In this document: in pieces, positions 38,724 to 50,994 of the stretch
How positions within the stretch are numbered: position 1 is the first letter of the stretch
Layout of the letters: every line of letters starts with the position of its first letter
Origin: Epiperipatus broadwayi
Lineage: Eukaryota; Animalia; Onychophora
Direction of reading: 5' to 3'
NCBI GenBank assembly: GCA_028023455.1
Contig: JAQFVV010000006.1
Coordinates: forward strand, 17,484,001 to 17,548,000
DNA: 64,000 nucleotides
Position numbers and translations under genes: made by a program
The notes under the pieces: model-generated
What the model was told of the DNA's origin: nothing
The model's input: the letters and a program-made list of their open reading frames with translations, nothing else
Databases searched by the model: none

Positions 38724-38826
38724 ATGTATGGCCTTCGCATTTAAGCACAATGACAGAATGGCAGACTCGAGTTGATAGTTCATGCCCAAGTTCAACTTGT
38801 GGTATTCAAACATCACAATCTTTGGG
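38724..38826 (+). CDS. candidate exon (Y)VWPSHLSTMTEWQTRVDSSCPSSTCGIQTSQSL(G)
   Basis: T-run plus AAATCAAG acceptor and GTAACT donor. One frame is open (phase 1 to 2) and CpG is retained. Confidence 0.35.
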
Positions 38827-39285
38827 GTAACTAAGCATTTTAAATTATTTATATACACACAAATTTACTTACGATTGTATTAAATATTTTTTTGCATTAA
38901 TGGACATCTTTCAGTAGTTTCGGAACTATTAAACACATTTTTGAGTTTTCATTGAAATTGTTTTATTAACGTCTTCAACAAAAAATTGAAATGAATTTTT
39001 TTTTTATTTTTAATAATACTTGTAAATACAGCCGTTGATTTTATTTCAAATTTAGCTTCTATACTGATGATTTAAAGTTTATATTGTATTTATAAAGTGG
39101 AGGTGGCAGACCCTTCATTACTGATGATGATTAAATATTAGTGTTCCATCTAGTATTCTATTTTTTTCTTGAAAAACTTAGCAATCATATATATATGCTT
39201 TATAATAGCATTTTGCAACTATTGAAAAGATATTCGATTTTCTTTAAATGCACGATGCTATTTATCCATTATTATTTTTTTGGTA

Positions 39286-39576
39286 TTAGAGAGCGGTACC
39301 TTAAAATTCATTATTGAAGAATCTAAGGGCCCAGGTTCGATTCCCATGCTAGTACTGTCACTGGTCAAGTCTGTAACACTTGAAACAGAGAAGAAAATAA
39401 TACCTCTCGAAATGTTGTGCGTATACTAACCTGTAAGCTATTAGTAATTGTTGAATATAATTGGAATATTTAAATAAAGTTAAATTTTTTAAAGATATTC
39501 AATACTTTATATTAGATGGTAGAAATAGTCCAATATATAAATACAACTAAAATACCAATCGCAAACCTTCAGGAAT
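39286..39576 (+). mobile_element. family B tRNA-headed, HHR-bearing SINE
   Basis: AGAGCGGTACCTTAAAA...GGTTCGATTCCC, then CAC-TTGAAAC-A-GAGA...TCTC-GAAATGTTGTGC (39377-39420) and the shared tail. Confidence 0.8.
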
Positions 39577-40704
39577 ACACTGGAAGCATTTCAGTTTCAC
39601 ATTTAATAATGTTTCATATTTAAAAGTGTTTAATTTGGATGATTATTATAGTTTTTAACTAGTTATTTCTTCTTTCAATTGTTTAAACTTTTTTCTCCCC
39701 ATTTTTTTATATTTTTTTATTTGATGAATTTCTTTGTAAAAAGTTTATTGTATAAGATAATGAATTACATCCTGAATATTAAGAGCCTTTTGTAATTTCA
39801 TCTAACAGCTAAAATGTAACAAGAAAAAAATTTTTTTTGCCTTTTTTTATTATTTCCTCGAAGAGTTTCACACATATTTTTTCAACTATTAAATTTTTTT
39901 AAATTGTCAATTTCCTAGTAGTAAAATTTATTAATTTAATTGTTGTATTGTATGCAAGCTTTTAACATGATAGTATATAATACTTCGTATATTTATCTAT
40001 AATTTAACGATTTGGGATGTTTTTGTTATATATGGTATGCTTCATGTAGTTACACCACATCCTTACATCTGCTGTGCTTACAACTTGGGTTCAAATCCTC
40101 ATCAGGTAAAATTTTAATTTTTTTTTCCAACTTCCAATCAGGCTTAGGATTTTTCCTTTCCAGCATTTGGATGTCCTAGATAACGATCTAATATTCTTCA
40201 ATAAATGAATATCTAATTATTTTTAGGTAGAGAATAACAAATGGAAAACTATTCAAAACCTCATGCCTTATTCTTCATAGATTCTCTGTGGAATGTTTGG
40301 AAGAGGCCTATGCCCTGCAATTGGCTACTAATTTACCTTCATATTATTTTTTTTAAGATGCATTTATGGATACTAAATTATTTTATAAAGTCTGTGCTCA
40401 TACCCTGTCTATTACATATATAGACACAGGTATATATAAGCCTGTGTATTTCAGCTATTTATATAATAAAACAAATTGGTGGAAAATTCTCACCATCTAA
40501 CAGTTAAAAAGCTTATTGTAATGATTTTTATTTCTCTGTTCTCTTATTGAGAGCCTTTGAAGAGATTTTGACCCCTGCAGTGTGTTTTTTTAAAGACTTC
40601 ATTTTTTATAAATGTATAAATCTATGAACATATGTTGAAAATTACAAAATGTTTGCAAATTGTAAAAATAGTTATTATTTTGATCACAAATTGCTAATAT
40701 CAAT

Positions 40705-41125
40705 ATTTATTGGTCATTCATTAGACTAGAGATTATTCACTTAAAGAATTATATTTCTGTAGTTTAATTTTCATTACACCACTCATGCAAAGTAAGGACT
40801 GGTTTCTATCCACTTTTAACATCTTGTGGAGAGGTGTAATCATAAACATATAACCAGTGACATGTAAAAAAGAAATATGATCCCATACATTTTTTTCACA
40901 TCTTTGGTCATATGTTTAGTTTATGATTACACATCTCCATGTGGTATTAAAAGTAGATAGAAACCAGTTCTTTCCTACCTTGCATGAGAATGATGTAGTG
41001 AAAATTACCTTACAGAAATAGAAACCAGTCCCTACCTTGTGTGAGAGTGGTGTAGTGAAAATTACAACACTCTGAAAATATTATTCATTAAGTGGATAAT
41101 CCCTAGTCTAAAGAGTGATTAATAA
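40705..41125. repeat. foldback MITE-like element, ~170-bp arms, tandem duplication in right arm
   Basis: ttagactagagattattcact and ggataatccctagtctaa are inverted, as are actggtttctatc and gatagaaaccagt. agaaaccagt...cctaccttg...tgtagtgaaaatta occurs twice. Confidence 0.8.
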
Positions 41126-41742
41126 AAAATTATTAATATACTTTCATGAAGTGGTTTATATATCAAAGTTGTGAGAACAGTAAGTTTAATGCTTATCAAT
41201 TAAACTGTGGTTAATTGCTAATATCAATTATTTCAGTCTTCATTTGAACTCAAATTGATTATTTCAATTTTATAGACTATGGTCATTATATTAATTGTAA
41301 TTAATTTTTATTTCTAAAAGTATTTAACAGTATGGCTGAAAACTCATTGGGACAATTCATGCATGTATATTTTCAGGTGAAAAATGTTAAAAGTCTTACT
41401 GTTATAAGTATAATACTTGCTTGCTTATTTGACATCAGTGAATTTTTAAACATTTTTTTTTTTTTAGCTATAATTGCTGCCACTTTTAAGAGTCATAAAC
41501 TAGAATTTATGAGAACACTTTATTAATTTGGGGGGATTTTTGTTAAAATCTAATCTTTAACATTAAATATTTTTTCCTGGGTATATTAAACTTAACCAAA
41601 CTGATGCCTAAATTGTAATGCATAATTTTTTATATTTGTAGATTTCAGGAATTTGTAACACATTTAAATTAATTTCTATCATAATTAGTTTTTAAAATAT
41701 CTTAAAACTATTATAAAATAATAGTTTTTAAATTTTTAAAAT

Positions 41743-42120
41743 ATCATCATCATCAACCATTATCAATCCACTGCAGGATGAAGGTCTCTCCAAGTTCAAT
41801 CCATCTTTTCTGATCTTTAGCTTCTCTTCTCCACATCACCCCTGCACACTTTCTTATTTCATCCATCCATCTCACATGTGGTCTCTTTCTGGGTCTTTTA
41901 CAATCTCTTGGAATTTAGTTTTAAATCTGAATTGTCCATCTATTATCATCTCTTCTAGCAATATGTCCAGCCCAACTCCACTTCAGTCTTTTAATTTTTT
42001 CAAGGAGATCAGTAACACCTGTTTGTTCTCTTACCCATACATTGTATTTTTGATCTCTTCTTGTTACTCCCAATATGCATCTCTCCATACTTCTTTGAGT
42101 GATTTGAAAGTCTCTGTAGT
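41743..42120 (-). mobile_element. RTE LINE 3' fragment
   Basis: TQRSMERCILGVTRRD...WSWAGHIARRDDNRWT, ending in a TGA-repeat tail. Confidence 0.9.
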
Positions 42121-42535
42121 GCTCGAACTGAACAGGGCAAATTCCTAATGTCCATTCCATATGTTCTTGTCGTTGCAGCTGTTATTACTATGTGATTATT
42201 CATATAGTGTACGAACATGGATGGGCTGTTCACCAACACACATTAGCCAGCATGGTGAGTTTATTGGCTTTTTACCTCCGAGTTTAAGAATTTTTTTTTT
42301 TTCAATATTTAAAATATACAGATATATATATATATATGTCTAGCATTCTCTAACATAATTGTAGAAAATTTTCTATCTCACCTAGTGGGTATTTCAGCTT
42401 TTGAAAAAAAAAAATTAGTAATTATAAAAATAAAATATATTTTCTATTTATTAATAAAAATATCATTGAATTAAATGAAAATAACCAGAATTTTATAATA
42501 AAAAGTTATTTATTTATGTTTAAATGTTATAAATT

Positions 42536-43146
42536 TAATCGCCTTCAAAGTACTGTCCGTTTAATACAATGCACCAGTCTAAATGTGTTGTTCATTATTT
42601 GAAGTAGTCCAAAAACACAAAGTAAAGCCTTTTAATAACACCTGCATTGTTTTTGTTTTTTTTCATCACTTCCAAGTCAGCAAAAAAATAATTTTGAGGC
42701 ATTTTTTCATTCAAGAGAATAAAAAGAAATCACAGGGGTAGAGATTGAACAAATATGACTGGGATCATGTTGAATTTAATTAAAAATTGTTTTGCAATCA
42801 AGACTGTTCGCAGAGGAATTGACATGGTGAAGGTTTTCACTCCTTACCTACCACAAAACATAATATTTACATTTTACCGCATCACATAAAACTTGTAGCT
42901 AAAATAGCTGATCATTAAGAACTAATTTTGAGAGAAAATGCCATTTGTGACAATAAAAAAAAAAAAGCATTATCTTGACATTGGACTTCACTTGACGAGA
43001 TGAATTTTATAATTTCATTAAATCATTTGTAAACTTGTGTTTTCCCCAGAACAGCTTTTTTGTAATCTGTTTCAAGTATTACAGCTGTTTTCCCTGCCGT
43101 TTGCTCTAAAAGAAAACAGAATTTCACATTGCAAGTTTTCAGCCAT
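42536..43146 (-). mobile_element. internally deleted mariner transposase relic
   Basis: VKFCFLLEQTAGKTAVILETDYKKAVLGKTQVYK*F (mariner N-terminal HTH) and CIVLNGQYFEGD* (mariner C-terminus). Confidence 0.8.
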
Positions 43147-43766
43147 TTAAAGAAATTGTCAGTATGCAAAATACTTTACAAAAAAAGTGCTACGTGGTAC
43201 CATGATTTTATATGGTAATGTAATTTGGCAGAAAACTGTCCCTGCAAGAGGCATGTAACTGCAGAAGCATTTATGACAACAGGTGCTTTTACTACCGAAT
43301 AATTCCAGTATTTGAAATGAAAAAAAAAAAAATTCAGAATAATAGAAATGTATTTTCTACCACTGTATGATATGCCTGATTGAACTTAGAACTGTTCTTA
43401 TCCCCTGATTATACCTGCTATTTAGGAACAGAAATGAATGTAAAACTTCATTAAAAATAATTTATTAAGCAAGTTAAAAACATCAAATCAGTGACTAATA
43501 TAATCTCAGCAGAGGACAAATGCAAAATATGAATAGATTGGGAAACAGTTACTCCAGAGAATACAATAATTTTTTTTATAATTCATTTAATTAGAGTAAT
43601 GGTTATTAACTTTTTGACAGATGAATTTGTTTTTGTATTTTTTTAATCTTTTTTTAATGCTAACTTATCTGTAAAATTTTACTTCCTTTCTTTGTCATTG
43701 CAAATATTTAAAAAAAAGTGAACATATCACATGCTTTTTAGTTTAACTTTTGTATGTGTCCTACAG

Positions 43767-43986
43767 ATACTTGGTGCAGCTATTATATATTATTTGTTTA
43801 TATGTTATTATATACTGCTGAAATTGCAGTTATGCTATCACTTGTGTATGTGCTTTTTTACAACTTCAAAATTTGATGAATACAGAAATTATGTAAATGT
43901 ATTTGGGATGGTTGTGGACTATCATCAAGTACAAACCATTATTTCTGATAATAGTAAAATATATTTCTGGCAATACAAAGAAGAAT
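43767..43986 (+). CDS. candidate exon encoding a hydrophobic segment plus a polar loop
   Basis: CCTACAG acceptor and GTAAGT donor at 43987. It is open end to end in phase 0. Alternatively the phase 1 frame TWCSYYILFVYMLLYTAEIAVMLSLV joins the 3' frame via a 40-nt intron or a 1-nt indel. Confidence 0.4.
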
Positions 43987-44559
43987 GTAAGTTGTTGACT
44001 GTGTACTCTAATCATTCAGAGAAATTTTAAATTTGTTTTTATATTTACCTCCCCCCCCCCCCCAAATTGATATTTATTGAATTTTCCCAGAATGAACCAA
44101 AAGTAAATGGTCAGTAAATAATAATATTTATTTTGAAATTACGTATGCAATCATATTTACCAATACAAAACACAAACCCCATTCCATTTACTTTTGGTTC
44201 ATCCTGATATATACCTTTAAAAAGAAATTAAAATATATAAATAAAACATAAAAATTTTAATTCGTAAAAATTGATTTGTCAATTATATATAAACAATAAC
44301 TTTTTTATATGCAAAGGGATAAATTGAGCATTTTTAATATGCATATAATAAGATAGAGAACAGCTTTTGTCTATCAAGTCAATACTAGCATCTTTTTTTA
44401 TTTCTAAATTAATTTATTTTAGAATATCATTATTAAAGGTATGTAATTTTAATTTGCAAGATTCAATACTAATCTATTATCATTCACTGCATGTGAAAAG
44501 TTTTTTACAGTTTAATCCAGATTCTCTTGATTTTTAAATTTGTATCAGTCCAGCAGATT

Positions 44560-45130
44560 TTATTATATCATTCGTATATATCACATGCATCCTTTTTCTA
44601 GGCTTTTTGCACAGTCTCTTTATATTCATTTAAGAATTTACTTTGTTCATTTAGTATCACATTTGCTAGCAACATATTCAGACTAGCTTCATTTCTTCTC
44701 CTTGTTCATTCAATAATGTCAGAGGTCCCTATTTGTTCTTTCATTTTTGTTTTAATTCAACACATCTTTTTACTTCTCCATATAGTCTTCTATCACTGTT
44801 GATCATTAATTAAGTTTCCAAATTTCAGATCTGTAAGTAAGGCCTGATATAATGCATCTATTAAAAACTCAATTTCTCAAAAATATGTATTATTTCCACC
44901 AAAGACATTCCATTCGACTTTAATTCTAAGTTTAATTTCCTCCCTTGTGTTTCCATCTGGTATTTGTAACTTTACCAACATAATTATAATTGTTAATATT
45001 TTATAATCTATTCATTAGCTAAACCTCACATTCTTCTGTGTTCTGATAGTGTTTCTATCACTTTCAGCCTTTTGTTAATATTTTGTGGTTATCTATTATA
45101 TTATTTTGCCAGTTCAGCTTTATTTAATAG
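44560..45130 (-). mobile_element. heavily decayed RTE LINE fragment
   Basis: Patchy similarity to 6230-6700 (cttacagatctgaa, gaacaaataggga...ctctgacattattgaa). Confidence 0.5.
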
Positions 45131-45322
45131 CAGAAATTTGAATTAGAATTATTAGCTTTTTAAAAAAATGTGGAAATGTCGGTATCATGTAGATGTCAAA
45201 AAATTCACTTAATGGTGGTGGTTGTGAGATTTTTTGTTCCCAATGTTTGAGAGCAACCTTTTTTTCTTATATTATTGTGGAAACAAAAATTGTAATTTTC
45301 AGTAATTTATCTATATATTTTG

Positions 45323-45495
45323 TCATCATCATCAATTATTATCAATCCACTGCAGGATGAAGGTCTCTCCAAGTTTAATCCATCTTTTCCTATCTTTAGC
45401 TTCTCCACATCACCCCTGCACACCTTCTTATTTCATCCATCCATCTCACATGTGGTCTATTTCTGGGTCTTTTACAATCTCTTGGTATCCAGTTT
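45323..45495 (-). mobile_element. RTE LINE short 3' fragment
   Basis: Near-identical to 41745-41915. Confidence 0.9.
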
Positions 45496-46474
45496 ATTTA
45501 TGTGTATTTATGTTGTAAAATACTTATTTTAAGCCAAAAAAATATGCAATTACAATTAGGTTTTATTTGGAAATATTTGTTTTTAGGAAGATAAGTGAAA
45601 TAAAACTAAATAAGAAATGGTTTCATAAATGCCAAGGAAAATTTATTTTATAAAATATTAATAAGTGCAATTTTAAACCAATTTCATTGCTTTTTGATGT
45701 CTAACAAAAATTTGTTCTATTTTATAAATGGAATTCCAATAGGAAATAATTCATTCTAATATTTTTATAAGTCACTGAAGGCAATCATGCATTATGAAAA
45801 AGACTTGTCATTCTAGTTACATTGTTTACTTTAATACTTGTTTTTTTAATTTGCAAAGTTCATATATCTTTTAGAATGTGTTTTATTTGTAAACATAACA
45901 AATAATGTAAAGGTTAGCAAAATATAATATAGATCTTTCAAATGAGTGGGAGGAATTATTTAGCAAAAACGTCCTAGTGTATTTTTAGTTATATTTGCAA
46001 CATTTTATTTTCACAGATAAACTTATTCTATATCATATTCCGATAATCTTTCCTTTATTTATTACAAATATAAGTTTACAAATGAAAAATATTCTAAAAG
46101 ATAATATATCAACTTGGCAAACATCGAAAATAAGTAGTAAACTGAAATGCATATATAAGAATAATGACCTTTTTCTTATTTAAACCCTATTTCTAAATTC
46201 AGAGCTAATTATTAAGGTATCATAAAGCAAGAATTTTAAAATTTCACTTATAATTAATAAAATATCGCAAAAAAACTTCTGCTCTATTATTTCTGTCTTT
46301 CTTTTTCTGGAAATCATAGCTTCTACTTTACCATAATTAAGTTTTCACTTGTCTTCTAAAATTCATTTTTTAAATAAAATCTAATTGTAATCATGATTAT
46401 TTTTGGGTAAAAATAAATATATCTTTTTTTTTTTTAAAGTAGTCAAAGAAAAATCTTCACAAGTACTTTTACAG

Positions 46475-46505
46475 ATATTCTCAAATCCTGGGAACGAAGA
46501 GACTT
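46475..46505 (+). CDS. candidate micro-exon (Y)ILKSWERRD(F)
   Basis: TTTTACAG acceptor and a weaker GTAATC donor. Phase 1 to 2 links the 43.9 kb and 48.7 kb candidates in frame. Confidence 0.25.
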
Positions 46506-48721
46506 GTAATCGGCAGTATTGATTGCCCTTTATATTAATTTTTTATTTTTATTCTGAAAATCTTTCTGCCATTAAATAAACACTAAAGCTGAATCGTTGT
46601 GCCCATTTTTATACTGACATTTTCAGATTTTTTTTTCAACAAATCAATATAAATTTTGAGTTCAGTTTCTGCCATTAAATGAATGCAAAAGCTGAATGTG
46701 ACTGCAGCACCGTGAGAACATGTCATAGAAGTGTAGTTATGAAGCATTTAATTCTAAACTAACAATCAAGACATCGAATATTATTACTTCAGGTCTTTTA
46801 GAATTTATTTTTGGCCTTAGTTTTTTGCTTTATCTATTATTAGCTCTTATAACATTCCCTGCAGCATGAAGGCACTATTTGTGAAAACAACCATATCTTC
46901 TGTAAAAATATATTAAATAGTCTCCAATTATTTTTTATATGTTGTGAAGTATAGTTATAACTCAATTATCCTTTCTTATAATTACTAGTGAGGTGCATTT
47001 GAAGTAAAATTAATAATTTGCATTATGATTTTTTATTACCAATTTGATTGATGTGGTAATCATGTTCTTCTAAGGGCAATTTTAACCATTTCAAGATCAC
47101 ATGCATACAGGCTTCATTTTGGGATTTTTTGGTAAAATAAAACTTTTTAGCATAATTATTATTAAAATTAATTTTGAAACTGATTAAATAAGAAAAAACT
47201 ATTATAGGTAATGAATTTGTTTAAAGAAATAAAAATTAATGCTTATTTTAACTGCATAAGTAAAATAAATGAATCACTTTTATCTTCTTATTTAAAATCT
47301 TGTCTAGATATAGATTAGACAATGATATTTTTATTAGGGCAAATGCTAATTTGGATAGAAACGTCATCATAATATTATTTGAATTCATAATGCAAAATTA
47401 TTTTTACTCATTTTAATAATTTTAGATACAATTAATTATCAAATATATAAATGTTAAATTATAATAATTCGATTAATAAATTATTTGAATTCAAATTAAT
47501 CTACATGGAAAACGAAAATGAACTATTCTAAATTATTATTATTGTTTTAAATTTATTAAATTTGTTTTAAAGAAAATAAGCAGTATAAAGTTTTAGAATA
47601 TTAGAATTTTTAAAAAAGTTAAAATTTTATAAAGACATTAACTTTAAAAAAATAAATAAATATCAACTAAGGATAGAACAAGAAAAGAAACATTTTATAT
47701 TTGCTATTTTTCCAATTAATATTTTCAAATTCTTAATGTTTATATATGAACACTTAAATAATTTATTAAAATAATTTAACTAATGAAGAAAAATAAATAA
47801 AATTTGGATATATGTCAACATTTGCAGATATAAACTAATGTTTTATAATCGTATACGTTGCTATATTTATAAATTGTTTTCAATTTTTTTTTCTTTCTAA
47901 AAAAAAAATTTTTGAACAATTTTTTAAAAGTTTGACGTAATTGTGTAAATATTGCGCTTTTATATATTTTAATTAAGTGATGTAATATATATATATTAAA
48001 CAGTATGAACTTTTTTTTATTGCTTCTATGTTTATATATATTTCTTTCAGCTGCTTTTTTTTTTAATTATTTGGCAAGATTTCTGAATATGTTGTTATAA
48101 AAGACTTGTTTTTATTCAGTTATTTTATTTTATTTTTTACTTGCCTTTTTTATGATGAAATGTTTTGCATACTTATACACATGATTTAGATGATAGTCAC
48201 ATTTTTGTTCAAAATATTTACTGAGAGTTGGGTGAAAATGATTTGCGTGACAGAAAGATTAAAATCTTTTCCTTTTTTTTCATAGCAAACTGATTAACCT
48301 TTGTTAAAAATAAGTGGAGTTTTTTTTTTAAAAAAATTTGGTTCTGAAAATTAATGTCTGCCTTATAAAATGGATGTTTATTGCATATACCGGTGGCCTT
48401 GACGAATACAGGTTCTAGTTATGTAATTTCAAAATAATTTTTCATTTCTGAAATGAATAATCTTTGTTGGGAGATATAGCCCATTGTGTTTGGACTGATG
48501 TCTTTCGAAAACTTTTGGAGTGATCTTTTAAAATATTATATTTAAAACCATTACTTGAATTTTTTTTTAAAAAACAACAACAAATAAATTAAACTTTTAT
48601 GTTTCTCTTTATATTCGATATTTACCCCCCCCCCTTACACAAATCTGAATTATGTCACGTTACAGTATTTACCTTTATATATATTGCCAATATTGCTTAA
48701 CGTTTATGTTTGTTATCCCAG

Positions 48722-48760
48722 CGATTGTTTTGTTGGCAATTTCGAATGCGCATTGAAATT
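48722..48760 (+). CDS. candidate exon DCFVGNFECALK
   Basis: CTTAAC branch-like site, TTATCCCAG acceptor and GTAAGT donor. CpG is retained. Phase 2 to 2. Confidence 0.4.
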
Positions 48761-49700
48761 GTAAGTTATCTTTCAAAAGTAACCTTTATTAGTAAAAAGA
48801 TTACAAAAATTTTGGGTACACTTACCCATTGAGAATTACAAAGTGTTCAATGTAACAAACAAGGTAAAACAATTATTGATTATATAAAGTAAATATGCTT
48901 GATAACAATTATGTCCATAAAAGAGTTGCTATAACGTTGATATTAATGTGTATCTGAACATGAGTATCTCTATACATGGATCTACATGGCCCAGCTACTG
49001 AGAAGCTATCCATCACCCAATGATCCCACCCCTGGGACCCTGAAGCGAAGACCCAAATGCTTCAGCTGAATAGGTGGACAAATCCAGCATTGCGCCAACC
49101 ACCACAACAGGCAGCGAGGTCCAAGGCCCAAGTCCATTAAATAATAAATTCTTGACCTGCAGCTGAGCCATGTCAAGACCATTCCAGATGTCTCTGTCTC
49201 CCAATTAACAGTCCAAATGTGCAGGGACCACATTCAGTCTACCTGCCCAGAATTGGAAAGCCAACTAAGAAAAACTAACACATAGCAAGCTCAGATCTGC
49301 ACTGCCCAAAACCAACCTATCAAGGGGGCATAGCAGCCGACCAGAGCAGGAATGGTGCTGAAACTTTGACCAGGTACCCTCCCAGCAGGTTTTCCAGGTA
49401 GCGGCAATAATTGTCAACAGCCTGCACCAATGAACCAGCCTCCTAGTGACCGCCACCACCCCCGAGGAAGAAAAGAGGAGTGCAGACCCATGCCCGCAAA
49501 ATTATTGTAGCAAAGCTTCCATCAAAGTTACAAAATTTGGAGGAGGCCCAAAATCAGACCAACCGCCTTACAAACTCTCTAATTTTAAAGTTAACCAAAA
49601 AAAAATAATTAGCTCAATTCAACACTGCCCTAATAAACAAGCCATCAAGGGGGTGAAGCAGCCTCCAAAGTCTGCTTCATTGTTGTTAACTCTTGATAAG
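48760..49700 (+). mobile_element. LTR-retrotransposon 5' end (227-bp LTR, PBS, decayed gag-like leader), family A
   Basis: TGTAAG...CTACA (48760-48986), then TGGCCCAGCTAC. 48770-49272 is shared with the 11.5-12.0 kb copy and the continuation is GC-rich. Confidence 0.6.
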
Positions 49701-50882
49701 TGTCATATATTCTAAATACTAGTTCAACTCATCCGACTGTAAGGCTCTCCAGGGAATATGATCTAGCTTATATATTTCCATTTGGTTATTCCGATTATGA
49801 ACAGTGTGATTAGCATTGTAGGATTCTTGCTTATTGTTTGGTTGTACAGTAGATATGAATGGCAACCAACCTGTTATAATAACTAATTTCTGTAACCATG
49901 TTGGGGACTTGATTGTAGTAGGATTCCAACTGGGACTCTTGTATTGATCCTATTTGAATTCTGCTTATCTTAATTGAAATCTAGGTCTTGATTTGTAATC
50001 AAGGTTTCAGTTGTGTAGTGTAAAAGTTTGTAATCTGTGGATTATTCCTAATAATTGTTGGATTAAAGGAGTTGAGTGAATTGCAGCTTCAATATCTTTG
50101 TTTGGGTCTATACCATCATTTGAACTTATTTTTATCTTTAAATCATTGTTTTTTGGCTCAGGAAACACTTCGTTCTAATTCTGTGTCAATTTGAAAATTT
50201 TCTATTCTTTTTGTGGTGCCCCAATCGCACTGGAAGTGGCCCAGTAACTTTGATCTAATCATCAGAAAAATTTAACTCTTGTGCAGGGAGATGGCTTAAA
50301 ACATAATCTATAATGTTTGATTCTAAAATTGAGATCGAATTCATATTTAAAATAATTTCCCCCTCCTATGCATTCAGCCACGATGATATCGTAACTTTTT
50401 TCTTATGAACAAATTAACGTTGAGATTTCTTTTTTTTTTTTTCCATAGGTTTATGATTACTTTTGTATCTAGTTTGATTCTTGGTCTATTTCCTGTCTTT
50501 CCTGATTTGTTTGCAGCCGTAGAATCTTGCTATATCTGATGCTATTGTGAAATTCTTAAGACTATCTTTATTAAGCTTTTTCTTTTTTTTGTCGATGTTT
50601 TCAATAAAATTTGACCTGCAAACTATTTCTCAATTAATCCTATCATTAAGCTTAGGATTTCTAGTAACTTTTTTTTTTTTAATTATTTGGTTTCATTTTA
50701 AAATCTTTTCCTAAGTTTTATTCTTGCTCAAATGATTCTAAGATTTCCTTGTACTGGCTTTTGCATTTTGTAATGGCAGCCATTTGCATAGAACGATACG
50801 ATTGATAATTTCAAATACTTTTGAGTGAAAACTGATTTAATATTTCTTGTAAAGGTGATGAGATGATAAAACAAGTACTCAC

Positions 50883-50994
50883 CTACATCTTGGCAAACTT
50901 TTTTCCCCATAAACTCAAACTTAAAAGCATAATGAGTCTCATTCTTCTGGTGCCAGCGAACAGTCAACTGCTCCAGCTGGCAACAGGAAGTTGA
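50883..50994 (-). CDS. candidate minus-strand exon STSCCQLEQLTVRWHQKNETHYAFKFEFMGKKVCQDV
   Basis: TTTTAAG acceptor and GTGAGT donor. Open in phase 0 to 1. No recognisable homology. Confidence 0.3.

Noticed and set aside
43873-43950. TGATGA...CTGA, resembling C/D snoRNA boxes
   Set aside because: Imperfect C box, no terminal stem, and it lies within a candidate coding exon.
49700-50700. GC-elevated decayed minus-strand coding-like region
   Set aside because: Multiple stops and no assignable domain.
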